Shown here: in pieces, positions 29,108-43,700 of the stretch
How the letters are laid out: every line of letters starts with the position of its first letter
How positions within the stretch are numbered: position 1 is the stretch's first letter
Assembly (NCBI GenBank): GCA_964057225.1
Contig: OZ059899.1
Coordinates: forward strand, 17,918,001-17,982,000
Direction: 5' to 3'
Length of the DNA: 64,000 bases
DNA from: Auanema rhodensis
Lineage: Eukaryota; Animalia; Nematoda
Program-made: the position numbers and the translations under genes
The notes under the pieces: generated by a model
Told to the model about the DNA's origin: nothing
The model's database searches: none
The model's input: the letters and a program-made list of their open reading frames with translations, nothing else

Positions 29108-32100
29108 CATGACTTTGAAATTTACGTGAACTTTAATTTATGCTAATTAAACGTACACGTGATGTGCACTTGGTATGTAACTCGCTTCACGTGAAAGATA
29201 AAGAGATGCGGTTTTTAAAATTAGATTCCGCATGTCCATATTAGTCTTAAAACAATTTTTTACTGATATTGGTGCATGGTAACCATGATTTTGAAATTTA
29301 CGTGAACTTCAATTTATGCTAATTAAACGTACACGTGGTGTGCACTCGGTATGTAACTCGCTTCACGTGAAAGATAAAGAGATGCGGTTTTCAAAATTAG
29401 ATTCCCCATGTCCATATTAGTCTAAAAACAAATTTTTATTGATATTGGTGCATGGTAACCATGACTTTGAAATTTACGTGAACTTTAATTTATGCTAATT
29501 AAACGTACACGTGGTGTGCACTCGGTATGTAACTCGCTTCACGTGAAAGATAAAGAGATGCGGTTCTCAAAATTAGATTCCCCATGTCCATATTAGTCTA
29601 AAAACAAATTTTTTTTGATATTGGTGTATGGTAACCATGATTTTGAAATTTACGTGAACTTTAATTTATGCTAATTAAACGTACACGTGGTGTGCACTCG
29701 GTATGTAACTCGCTTCACGTGAAAGATAAAGAGATGCGGTTTTCAAAATTAGATTCTTCATGTCCATATTAGTCTAAAAACAATTTTTTACTGATATTGG
29801 TGTATGGTAACAATGATTTTGAAATTTACGTGAACTTTAATTTATGCTAATTAAACGTACACGTGGTGTGCACTCGGTATGTAACTCGCTTCACGTGAAA
29901 GATAAAGAGATGCGGTTTTCAAAATTAGATTCCCCATGTCCATATTAGTCTAAAAACAAATTTTTATTGATATTGGTGCATGGTAACCATGACTTTGAAT
30001 TTTACGTGAACTTTAATTTATGCTAATTAAACGTACACGTGGTGTGCATTCGGTATGTAACTCGCTTCACGTGAAAGATAAAGAGATGCGGTTTTCAAAA
30101 TTAGATTCCCCATGTCCATATTAGTCTAAAAACAAATTTTTATTGATATTGGTGCATGGTAACCATGACTATGAATTTTACGTGAACTTTAATTTATGCT
30201 AATTAAACGTACACGTGGTGTGCACTCGGTATGTAACTAGCTTCACGTGTAAGATAAAGAGATGCGGTTTTCAAAATTAGATTCCCCATGTCCATATTAG
30301 TCTAAAAACAAATTTTTTTTTTATTTTTACAAATTATTTTTATTGATATTGGTGCATGGTAACCATGATTTTGAAATTTACGTGAACTTTAATTTATGCT
30401 AATTAAATGTACACGTGGTGTGCACTCGGTATGTAACTCGCTTCACGTGAAAGATAAAGAGATGCAGTTATCAAAATTAGATTCCCCATGTCCATATTAG
30501 TCTAAAAACAAATTTTTATTGATATTGGTGCATGGTAACCATGATTTTGAAATTTACGTGAACTTTAATTTATGCTAATTAAACGTACACGTGATGTGCA
30601 CTTGGTATGTAACTCGCTTCACGTGAAAGATAAAGAGATGCGGTTTTTAAAATTAGATTCCGCATGTCCATATTAGTCTTAAAACAATTTTTTACTGATA
30701 TTGGTGCATGGTAACCATGATTTTGAAATTTACGTGAACTTCAATTTATGCTAATTAAACGTACACGTGGTGTGCACTCGGTATGTAACTCGCTTCACGT
30801 GAAAGATAAAGAGATGCGGTTTTCAAAATTAGATTCCCCATGTCCATATTAGTCTAAAAACAAATTTTTATTGATATTGGTGCATGGTAACCATGACTTT
30901 GAAATTTACGTGAACTTTAATTTATGCTAATTAAACGTACACGTGGTGTGCACTCGGTATGTAACTCGCTTCACGTGAAAGATAAAGAGATGCGGTTCTC
31001 AAAATTAGATTCCCCATGTCCATATTAGTCTAAAAACAAATTTTTTTTGATATTGGTGTATGGTAACCATGATTTTGAAATTTACGTGAACTTTAATTTA
31101 TGCTAATTAAACGTACACGTGGTGTGCACTCGGTATGTAACTCGCTTCACGTGAAAGATAAAGAGATGCGGTTTTCAAAATTAGATTCTTCATGTCCATA
31201 TTAGTCTAAAAACAATTTTTTACTGATATTGGTGCATGGTAACAATGATTTTGAAATTTACGTGAACTTTAATTTATGCTAATTAAACGTACACGTGGTG
31301 TGCACTCGGTATGTAACTCGCTTCACGTGAAAGATAAAGAGATGCGGTTTTCAAAATTAGATTCCCCATGTCCATATTAGTCTAAAAACAAATTTTTATT
31401 GATATTGGTGCATGGTAACCATGACTTTGAAATTTACGTGAACTTTAATTTATGCTAATTAAATGTACACGTGGTGTGCACTCGGTATGTAACTCGCTTC
31501 ACGTGAAAGATAAAGAGATGCGGTTTTCAAAATTAGATTCCCCATGTCCATATTAGTCTAAAAACAAATTTTTATTGATATTGGTGCATGGTAACCATGA
31601 CTTTGAATTTTACGTGAACTTTAATTTATGCTAATTAAACGTACACGTGGTGTGCACTCGGTATGTAACTCGCTTCACGTGAGAGATAAAGAGATGCGGT
31701 TTTCAAAATTAGATTCCCCATGTCCATATTAGTCTAAAAACAAATTTTTATTGATATTGGTGCATGGTAACCATGACTGTGAAATTTACGTGAACTTTAA
31801 TTTATGCTACATAAATGTACACGTGATGTGCACTTGGTATGTAACTCGCTTCACGTGAAAGATAAAAAGATGCGGTTTTTAAAATTAGATTCCCCATGTC
31901 CATATTAGTCTAAAAACAATTTTTTACTGATATTGGTGCATGGTAACCATGACTTTGAAATTTACGTGAACTTTAATTTATGCTAATTAAATGTACACGT
32001 GGTGTGCACTCGGTATGTAACTCGCTTCACGTGAAAGATAAAGAGATGCGGTTTTCAAAATTAGATTCCCCATGTCCATATTAGTCTAAAAACAAATTTT

Positions 32101-34787
32101 TATTGATATTGGTGTATGGTAACCATGACTTTGAAATTTACGTGAACTTTAATTTATGCTAATTAAATGTACACGTGGTGTGCACTCGGTATGTAACTCG
32201 CTTCACGTGAAAGATAAAGAGATGCGGTTTTCAAAATTAGATTCCCCATGTCCATATTAGTCTAAAAACAAATTTTTATTGATATTGGTGCATGGTAACC
32301 ATGACTTTGAAATTTACGTGAACTTTAATTTATGCTAATTAAACGTACACGTGTTGTGCACTCGGTATGTAACTCGCTTCACGTGGAAGATAAAGAGATG
32401 CGGTTTTCAAAATTAGATTCTTCATGTCCATATTAGTCTAAAAACAATTTTTTACTGATATTGGTGCATGGTAACCATGATTTTGAAATTTACGTGAACT
32501 TTAATTTATGCTAATTAAACGTACACGTGATGTGCACTTGGTATGTAACTCGCTTCACGTGAAAGATAAAGAGATGCGGTTTTTAAAATTAGATTCCGCA
32601 TGTCCATATTAGTCTTAAAACAATTTTTTACTGATATTGGTGCATGGTAACCATGATTTTGAAATTTACGTGAACTTCAATTTATGCTAATTAAACGTAC
32701 ACGTGGTGTGCACTCGGTATGTAACTCGCTTCACGTGAAAGATAAAGAGATGCGGTTTTCAAAATTAGATTCCCCATGTCCATATTAGTCTAAAAACAAA
32801 TTTTTATTGATATTGGTGCATGGTAACCATGACTTTGAAATTTACGTGAACTTTAATTTATGCTAATTAAACGTACACGTGGTGTGCACTCGGTATGTAA
32901 CTCGCTTCACGTGAAAGATAAAGAGATGCGGTTCTCAAAATTAGATTCCCCATGTCCATATTAGTCTAAAAACAAATTTTTTTTGATATTGGTGTATGGT
33001 AACCATGATTTTGAAATTTACGTGAACTTTAATTTATGCTAATTAAACGTACACGTGGTGTGCACTCGGTATGTAACTCGCTTCACGTGAAAGATAAAGA
33101 GATGCGGTTTTCAAAATTAGATTCTTCATGTCCATATTAGTCTAAAAACAATTTTTTACTGATATTGGTGTATGGTAACAATGATTTTGAAATTTACGTG
33201 AACTTTAATTTATGCTAATTAAACGTACACGTGGTGTGCACTCGGTATGTAACTCGCTTCACGTGAAAGATAAAGAGATGCGGTTTTCAAAATTAGATTC
33301 CCCATGTCCATATTAGTCTAAAAACAAATTTTTATTGATATTGGTGCATGGTAACCATGACTTTGAATTTTACGTGAACTTTAATTTATGCTAATTAAAC
33401 GTACACGTGGTGTGCATTCGGTATGTAACTCGCTTCACGTGAAAGATAAAGAGATGCGGTTTTCAAAATTAGATTCCCCATGTCCATATTAGTCTAAAAA
33501 CAAATTTTTATTGATATTGGTGCATGGTAACCATGACTATGAATTTTACGTGAACTTTAATTTATGCTAATTAAACGTACACGTGGTGTGCACTCGGTAT
33601 GTAACTAGCTTCACGTGTAAGATAAAGAGATGCGGTTTTCAAAATTAGATTCCCCATGTCCATATTAGTCTAAAAACAAATTTTTTTTTTATTTTTACAA
33701 ATTATTTTTATTGATATTGGTGCATGGTAACCATGATTTTGAAATTTACGTGAACTTTAATTTATGCTAATTAAATGTACACGTGGTGTGCACTCGGTAT
33801 GTAACTCGCTTCACGTGAAAGATAAAGAGATGCAGTTATCAAAATTAGATTCCCCATGTCCATATTAGTCTAAAAACAAATTTTTATTGATATTGGTGCA
33901 TGGTAACCATGATTTTGAAATTTACGTGAACTTTAATTTATGCTAATTAAACGTACACGTGATGTGCACTTGGTATGTAACTCGCTTCACGTGAAAGATA
34001 AAGAGATGCGGTTTTTAAAATTAGATTCCGCATGTCCATATTAGTCTTAAAACAATTTTTTACTGATATTGGTGCATGGTAACCATGATTTTGAAATTTA
34101 CGTGAACTTCAATTTATGCTAATTAAACGTACACGTGGTGTGCACTCGGTATGTAACTCGCTTCACGTGAAAGATAAAGAGATGCGGTTTTCAAAATTAG
34201 ATTCCCCATGTCCATATTAGTCTAAAAACAAATTTTTATTGATATTGGTGCATGGTAACCATGACTTTGAAATTTACGTGAACTTTAATTTATGCTAATT
34301 AAACGTACACGTGGTGTGCACTCGGTATGTAACTCGCTTCACGTGAAAGATAAAGAGATGCGGTTCTCAAAATTAGATTCCCCATGTCCATATTAGTCTA
34401 AAAACAAATTTTTTTTGATATTGGTGTATGGTAACCATGATTTTGAAATTTACGTGAACTTTAATTTATGCTAATTAAACGTACACGTGGTGTGCACTCG
34501 GTATGTAACTCGCTTCACGTGAAAGATAAAGAGATGCGGTTTTCAAAATTAGATTCTTCATGTCCATATTAGTCTAAAAACAATTTTTTACTGATATTGG
34601 TGCATGGTAACAATGATTTTGAAATTTACGTGAACTTTAATTTATGCTAATTAAACGTACACGTGGTGTGCACTCGGTATGTAACTCGCTTCACGTGAAA
34701 GATAAAGAGATGCGGTTTTCAAAATTAGATTCCCCATGTCCATATTAGTCTAAAAACAAATTTTTATTGATATTGGTGCATGGTAAC
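29108..34787. repeat. Duplicated ~13-monomer block, 29108-31419 vs 32476-34787 (offset 3368 bp = 19 monomers + 24)
   Basis: Shared GACTATG monomer (30164/33532), 24-bp insertion (T-runs at 30313/33681) and CTTCAA monomers (29284/32652, 30716/34084). Confidence 0.85.
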
Positions 34788-37700
34788 CATGACTTTGAAT
34801 TTTACGTGAACTTTAATTTATGCTAATTAAACGTACACGTGGTGTGCATTCGGTATGTAACTCGCTTCACGTGAAAGATAAAGAGATGCGGTTTTCAAAA
34901 TTAGATTCCCCATGTCCATATTAGTCTAAAAACAAATTTTTTTTTCATTTTTACAAATTATTTTTATTGATATTGGTGCATGGTAACCATGATTTTGAAA
35001 TTTACGTGAACTTTAATTTATGCTAATTAAATGTACACGTGGTGTGCACTCGGTATGTAACTCGCTTCACGTGAAAGATAAAGAGATGCAGTTATCAAAA
35101 TTAGATTCCCCATGTCCATATTAGTCTAAAAACAAATTTTTATTGATATTGGTGCATGGTAACCATGACTTTGAAATTTACGTGAACTTTAATTTATGCT
35201 AATTAAACGTACACGTGGTGTGCACTCGGTATGTAACTCGCTTCACGTGAAAGATAAAGAGATGCGGTTTTCAAAATTAGATTCCCCATGTCCATATTAG
35301 TCTAAAAACAAATTTTTTTTGATATTGGTGCATAGTAACCATGACTTTGAATTTTACGTGAACTTTAATTTATGCTAATTAAACGTACACGTGGTGTGCA
35401 CTCGGTATGTAACTCGCTTCACGTGAAAGATAAAGAGATGCGGTTTTTAAAATTAGATTCCCCATGTCCATATTAGTCTAAAAACAAATTTTTTTTGATA
35501 TTGGTGCATGGTAACCATGATTTTGAAATTTACGTGAACTTTAATTTATGCTAATTAAACGTATACGTGATGTGCACTTGGTATGTAACTCGCTTCACGT
35601 GAAAGATAAAGAGATGCGGTTTTTAAAATTAGATTCCCCATGTCCATATTAGTCTAAAAACAATTTTTTACTGATATTGGTGCATGGTAACAATGATTTT
35701 GAAATTTACGTGAACTTTAATTTATGCTAATTAAACGTACACGTGGTGTGCACTCGGTATGTAACTCGCTTCACGTGAAAGATAAAGAGATGCGGTTTTC
35801 AAAATTAGATTCCCCATGTCCATATTAGTCTAAAAACAAATTTTTTTTGATATTGGTGCATAGTAACCATGACTTTGAATTTTACGTGAACTTTAATTTA
35901 TGCTAATTAAACGTACACGTGGTGTGCACTCGGTATGTAACTCGCTTCACGTGAAAGATAAAGAGATGCGGTTTTTAAAATTAGATTCCCCATGTCCATA
36001 TTAGTCTAAAAACAAATTTTTTTTGATATTGGTGCATGGTAACCATGATTTTGAAATTTACGTGAACTTTAATTTATGCTAATTAAATGTACACGTGGTG
36101 TGCACTCGGTATGTAACTCGCTTCACGTGAAAGATAAAGAGATGCAGTTATCAAAATTAGATTCCCCATGTCCATATTAGTCTAAAAACAAATTTTTATT
36201 GATATTGGTGCATGGTAACCATGACTTTGAAATTTACGTGAACTTTAATTTATGCTAATTAAACGTACACGTGTTGTGCACTCGGTATGTAACTCGCTTC
36301 ACGTGGAAGATAAAGAGATGCGGTTTTCAAAATTAGATTCTTCATGTCCATATTAGTCTAAAAACAATTTTTTACTGATATTGGTGCATGGTAACCATGA
36401 TTTTGAAATTTACGTGAACTTTAATTTATGCTAATTAAACGTACACGTGATGTGCACTTGGTATGTAACTCGCTTCACGTGAAAGATAAAGAGATGCGGT
36501 TTTTAAAATTAGATTCCGCATGTCCATATTAGTCTTAAAACAATTTTTTACTGATATTGGTGCATGGTAACCATGATTTTGAAATTTACGTGAACTTTAA
36601 TTTATGCTAATTAAACGTACACGTGGTGTGCACTCGGTATGTAACTCGCTTCACGTGAAAGATAAAGAGATGCGGTTTTCAAAATTAGATTCCCCATGTC
36701 CATATTAGTCTAAAAACAAATTTTTATTGATATTGGTGCATGGTAACCATGACTTTGAAATTTACGTGAACTTTAATTTATGCTAATTAAACGTACACGT
36801 GGTGTGCACTCGGTATGTAACTCGCTTCACGTGAAAGATAAAGAGATGCGGTTCTCAAAATTAGATTCCCCATGTCCATATTAGTCTAAAAACAAATTTT
36901 TTTTGATATTGGTGTATGGTAACCATGATTTTGAAATTTACGTGAACTTTAATTTATGCTAATTAAACGTACACGTGGTGTGCACTCGGTATGTAACTCG
37001 CTTCACGTGAAAGATAAAGAGATGCGGTTTTCAAAATTAGATTCTTCATGTCCATATTAGTCTAAAAACAATTTTTTACTGATATTGGTGCATGGTAACC
37101 ATGATTTTGAAATTTACGTGAACTTTAATTTATGCTAATTAAACGTACACGTGATGTGCACTTGGTATGTAACTCGCTTCACGTGAAAGATAAAGAGATG
37201 CGGTTTTCAAAATTAGATTCTTCATGTCCATATTAGTCTAAAAACAATTTTTTACTGATATTGGTGCATGGTAACCATGATTTTGAAATTTACGTGAACT
37301 TTAATTTATGCTAATTAAACGTACACGTGATGTGCACTTGGTATGTAACTCGCTTCACGTGAAAGATAAAGAGATGCGGTTTCTAAAATTAGATTCCGCA
37401 TGTCCATATTAGTCTAAAAACAATTTTTTACTGATATTGGTGCATGGTAACCATGATTTTGAAATTTACGTGAACTTTAATTTATGCTAATTAAACGTAC
37501 ACGTGGTGTGCACTCGGTATGTAACTCGCTTCACGTGTAAGATAAAGAGATGCGGTTTTCAAAATTAGATTCCCCATGTCCATATTAGTCTAAAAACAAT
37601 TTTTTACTGATATTGGTGCATGGTAACAATGATTTTGAAATTTACGTGAACTTTAATTTATGCTAATTAAACGTACACGTGGTGTGCACTCGGTATGTAA

Positions 37701-40700
37701 CTCGCTTCACGTGAAAGATAAAGAGATGCGGTTTTCAAAATTAGATTCCCCATGTCCATATTAGTCTAAAAACAAATTTTTATTGATATTGGTGCATGGT
37801 AACCATGACTTTGAAATTTACGTGAACTTTAATTTATGCTAATTAAATGTACACGTGGTGTGCACTCGGTATGTAACTCGCTTCACGTGAAAGATAAAGA
37901 GATGCAGTTATCAAAATTAGATTCCCCATGTCCATATTAGTCTAAAAACAAATTTTTATTGATATTGGTGCATGGTAACCATGACTTTGAAATTTACGTG
38001 AACTTTAATTTATGCTAATTAAATGTACACGTGGTGTGCACTCGGTATGTAACTCGCTTCACGTGAAAGATAAAGAGATGCAGTTATCAAAATTAGATTC
38101 CCCATGTCCATATTAGTCTAAAAACAAATTTTTATTGATATTGGTGCATGGTAACCATGACTTTGAAATTTACGTGAACTTTAATTTATGCTAATTAAAC
38201 GTACACGTGTTGTGCACTCGGTATGTAACTCGCTTCACGTGGAAGATAAAGAGATGCGGTTTTCAAAATTAGATTCTTCATGTCCATATTAGTCTAAAAA
38301 CAATTTTTTACTGATATTGGTGCATGGTAACCATGATTCTGAAATTTACGTGAACTTTAATTTATGCTAATTAAACGTACACGTGATGTGCACTTGGTAT
38401 GTAACTCGCTTCACGTGAAAGATAAAGAGATGCGGTTTTTAAAATTAGATTCCGCATGTCCATATTAGTCTAAAAACAATTTTTTACTGATATTGGTGCA
38501 TGGTAACCATGATTTTGAAATTTACGTGAACTTTAATTTATGCTAATTAAACGTACACGTGGTGTGCACTCGGTATGTAACTCGCTTCACGTGAAAGATA
38601 ATGAGATGCGGTTTTCAAAATTAGATTCCCCATGTCCATATTAGTCTAAAAACAAATTTTTATTGATATTGGTGCATGGTAACCATGATTTTGAAATTTA
38701 CGTGAACTTTAATTTATGCTAATTAAACGTACACGTGGTGTGCACTCGGTATGTAACTCGCTTCACGTGAAAGATAAAGAGATGCGGTTTCTAAAATTAG
38801 ATTCCGCATGTCCATATTAGTCTAAAAACAATTTTTTACTGATATTGGTGCATGGTAACCATGATTTTGAAATTTACGTGAACTTTAATTTATGCTAATT
38901 AAACGTACACGTGGTGTGCACTCGGTATGTAACTCGCTTCACGTGTAAGATAAAGAGATGCGGTTTTCAAAATTAGATTCCCCATGTCCATATTAGTCTA
39001 AAAACAATTTTTTACTGATATTGGTGCATGGTAACAATGATTTTGAAATTTACGTGAACTTTAATTTATGCTAATTAAACGTACACGTGGTGTGCACTCG
39101 GTATGTAACTCGCTTCACGTGAAAGATAAAGAGATGCGGTTTTCAAAATTAGATTCCCCATGTCCATATTAGTCTAAAAACAAATTTTTATTGATATTGG
39201 TGCATGGTAACCATGACTTTGAAATTTACGTGAACTTTAATTTATGCTAATTAAATGTACACGTGGTGTGCACTCGGTATGTAACTCGCTTCACGTGAAA
39301 GATAAAGAGATGCAGTTATCAAAATTAGATTCCCCATGTCCATATTAGTCTAAAAACAAATTTTTATTGATATTGGTGCATGGTAACCATGACTTTGAAA
39401 TTTACGTGAACTTTAATTTATGCTAATTAAATGTACACGTGGTGTGCACTCGGTATGTAACTCGCTTCACGTGAAAGATAAAGAGATGCAGTTATCAAAA
39501 TTAGATTCCCCATGTCCATATTAGTCTAAAAACAAATTTTTATTGATATTGGTGCATGGTAACCATGACTTTGAAATTTACGTGAACTTTAATTTATGCT
39601 AATTAAACGTACACGTGTTGTGCACTCGGTATGTAACTCGCTTCACGTGGAAGATAAAGAGATGCGGTTTTCAAAATTAGATTCTTCATGTCCATATTAG
39701 TCTAAAAACAATTTTTTACTGATATTGGTGCATGGTAACCATGACTTTGAAATTTACGTGAACTTTAATTTATGCTAATTAAACGTACACGTGGTGTGCA
39801 CTCGGTATGTAACTCGCTTCACGTGAAAGATAAAGAGATGCGGTTCTCAAAATTAGATTCCCCATGTCCATATTAGTCTAAAAACAAATTTTTTTTGATA
39901 TTGGTGTATGGTAACCATGATTTTGAAATTTACGTGAACTTTAATTTATGCTAATTAAACGTACACGTGGTGTGCACTCGGTATGTAACTCGCTTCACGT
40001 GAAAGATAAAGAGATGCGGTTTTCAAAATTAGATTCTTCATGTCCATATTAGTCTAAAAACAATTTTTTACTGATATTGGTGCATGGTAACCATGATTTT
40101 GAAATTTACGTGAACTTTAATTTATGCTAATTAAACGTACACGTGATGTGCACTTGGTATGTAACTCGCTTCACGTGAAAGATAAAGAGATGCGGTTTCT
40201 AAAATTAGATTCCGCATGTCCATATTAGTCTAAAAACAATTTTTTACTGATATTGGTGCATGGTAACCATGATTTTGAAATTTACGTGAACTTTAATTTA
40301 TGCTAATTAAACGTACACGTGGTGTGCACTCGGTATGTAACTCGCTTCACGTGTAAGATAAAGAGATGCGGTTTTCAAAATTAGATTCCCCATGTCCATA
40401 TTAGTCTAAAAACAATTTTTTACTGATATTGGTGCATGGTAACAATGATTTTGAAATTTACGTGAACTTTAATTTATGCTAATTAAACGTACACGTGGTG
40501 TGCACTCGGTATGTAACTCGCTTCACGTGAAAGATAAAGAGATGCGGTTTTCAAAATTAGATTCCCCATGTCCATATTAGTCTAAAAACAAATTTTTATT
40601 GATATTGGTGCATGGTAACCATGACTTTGAAATTTACGTGAACTTTAATTTATGCTAATTAAATGTACACGTGGTGTGCACTCGGTATGTAACTCGCTTC

Positions 40701-43700
40701 ACGTGAAAGATAAAGAGATGCAGTTATCAAAATTAGATTCCCCATGTCCATATTAGTCTAAAAACAAATTTTTATTGATATTGGTGCATGGTAACCATGA
40801 CTTTGAAATTTACGTGAACTTTAATTTATGCTAATTAAATGTACACGTGGTGTGCACTCGGTATGTAACTCGCTTCACGTGAAAGATAAAGAGATGCAGT
40901 TATCAAAATTAGATTCCCCATGTCCATATTAGTCTAAAAACAAATTTTTATTGATATTGGTGCATGGTAACCATGACTTTGAAATTTACGTGAACTTTAA
41001 TTTATGCTAATTAAACGTACACGTGTTGTGCACTCGGTATGTAACTCGCTTCACGTGGAAGATAAAGAGATGCGGTTTTCAAAATTAGATTCTTCATGTC
41101 CATATTAGTCTAAAAACAATTTTTTACTGATATTGGTGCATGGTAACCATGATTCTGAAATTTACGTGAACTTTAATTTATGCTAATTAAACGTACACGT
41201 GATGTGCACTTGGTATGTAACTCGCTTCACGTGAAAGATAAAGAGATGCGGTTTTTAAAATTAGATTCCGCATGTCCATATTAGTCTAAAAACAATTTTT
41301 TACTGATATTGGTGCATGGTAACCATGATTTTGAAATTTACGTGAACTTTAATTTATGCTAATTAAACGTACACGTGGTGTGCACTCGGTATGTAACTCG
41401 CTTCACGTGAAAGATAATGAGATGCGGTTTTCAAAATTAGATTCCCCATGTCCATATTAGTCTAAAAACAAATTTTTATTGATATTGGTGCATGGTAACC
41501 ATGACTTTGAAATTTACGTGAACTTTAATTTATGCTAATTAAACGTACACGTGGTGTGCACTCGGTATGTAACTCGCTTCACGTGAAAGATAAAGAGATG
41601 CGGTTTTCAAAATTAGATTCCCCATGTCCATATTAGTCTAAAAACAAATTTTTATTGATATTGGTGCATGGTAACCATGACTTTGAAATTTACGTGAACT
41701 TTAATTTATGCTAATTAAACGTACACGTGGTGTGCACTCGGTATGTAACTCGCTTCACGTGAAAGATAATGAGATGCGGTTTTCAAAATTAGATTCCCCA
41801 TGTCCATATTAGTCTAAAAACAATTTTTTACTGATATTGGTGCATGGTAACCATGATTTTGAAATTTACGTGAACTTCAATTTATGCTAATTAAACGTAC
41901 ACGTGGTGTGCACTCGGTATGTAACTCGCTTCACGTGAAAGATAAAGAGATGCGGTTTTCAAAATTAGATTCCCCATGTCCATATTAGTCTAAAAACAAA
42001 TTTTTATTGATATTGGTGCATGGTAACCATGACTTTGAAATTTACGTGAACTTTAATTTATGCTAATTAAACGTACACGTGGTGTGCACTCGGTATGTAA
42101 CTCGCTTCACGTGAAAGATAAAGAGATGCGGTTCTCAAAATTAGATTCCCCATGTCCATATTAGTCTAAAAACAAATTTTTTTTGATATTGGTGTATGGT
42201 AACCATGATTTTGAAATTTACGTGAACTTTAATTTATGCTAATTAAACGTACACGTGGTGTGCACTCGGTATGTAACTCGCTTCACGTGAAAGATAAAGA
42301 GATGCGGTTTTCAAAATTAGATTCTTCATGTCCATATTAGTCTAAAAACAATTTTTTACTGATATTGGTGCATGGTAACAATGATTTTGAAATTTACGTG
42401 AACTTTAATTTATGCTAATTAAACGTACACGTGGTGTGCACTCGGTATGTAACTCGCTTCACGTGAAAGATAAAGAGATGCGGTTTTCAAAATTAGATTC
42501 CCCATGTCCATATTAGTCTAAAAACAAATTTTTATTGATATTGGTGCATGGTAACCATGACTTTGAATTTTACGTGAACTTTAATTTATGCTAATTAAAC
42601 GTACACGTGGTGTGCATTCGGTATGTAACTCGCTTCACGTGAAAGATAAAGAGATGCGGTTTTCAAAATTAGATTCCCCATGTCCATATTAGTCTAAAAA
42701 CAAATTTTTTTTTTATTTTTACAAATTATTTTTATTGATATTGGTGCATGGTAACCATGATTTTGAAATTTACGTGAACTTTAATTTATGCTAATTAAAT
42801 GTACACGTGGTGTGCACTCGGTATGTAACTCGCTTCACGTGAAAGATAAAGAGATGCAGTTATCAAAATTAGATTCCCCATGTCCATATTAGTCTAAAAA
42901 CAAATTTTTATTGATATTGGTGCATGGTAACCATGACTTTGAAATTTACGTGAACTTTAATTTATGCTAATTAAACGTACACGTGGTGTGCACTCGGTAT
43001 GTAACTCGCTTCACGTGAAAGATAAAGAGATGCGGTTTTCAAAATTAGATTCCCCATGTCCATATTAGTCTAAAAACAAATTTTTTTTGATATTGGTGCA
43101 TAGTAACCATGACTTTGAATTTTACGTGAACTTTAATTTATGCTAATTAAACGTACACGTGGTGTGCATTCGGTATGTAACTCGCTTCACGTGAAAGATA
43201 AAGAGATGCGGTTTTCAAAATTAGATTCCCCATGTCCATATTAGTCTAAAAACAAATTTTTTTTGATATTGGTGCATGGTAACCATGATTTTGAAATTTA
43301 CGTGAACTTTAATTTATGCTAATTAAACGTACACGTGATGTGCACTTGGTATGTAACTCGCTTCACGTGAAAGATAAAGAGATGCGGTTTTTAAAATTAG
43401 ATTCCCCATGTCCATATTAGTCTAAAAACAATTTTTTACTGATATTGGTGCATGGTAACAATGATTTTGAAATTTACGTGAACTTTAATTTATGCTAATT
43501 AAACGTACACGTGGTGTGCACTCGGTATGTAACTCGCTTCACGTGAAAGATAAAGAGATGCGGTTTTCAAAATTAGATTCCCCATGTCCATATTAGTCTA
43601 AAAACAAATTTTTTTTGATATTGGTGCATAGTAACCATGACTTTGAATTTTACGTGAACTTTAATTTATGCTAATTAAACGTACACGTGGTGTGCACTCG

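Noticed and set aside
30313-30341. Retrotransposon poly(A) tail or rho-independent terminator at the T-rich insert
   Set aside because: No element body, no clear target-site duplication and no GC-rich hairpin. The insert is explained by local sequence.
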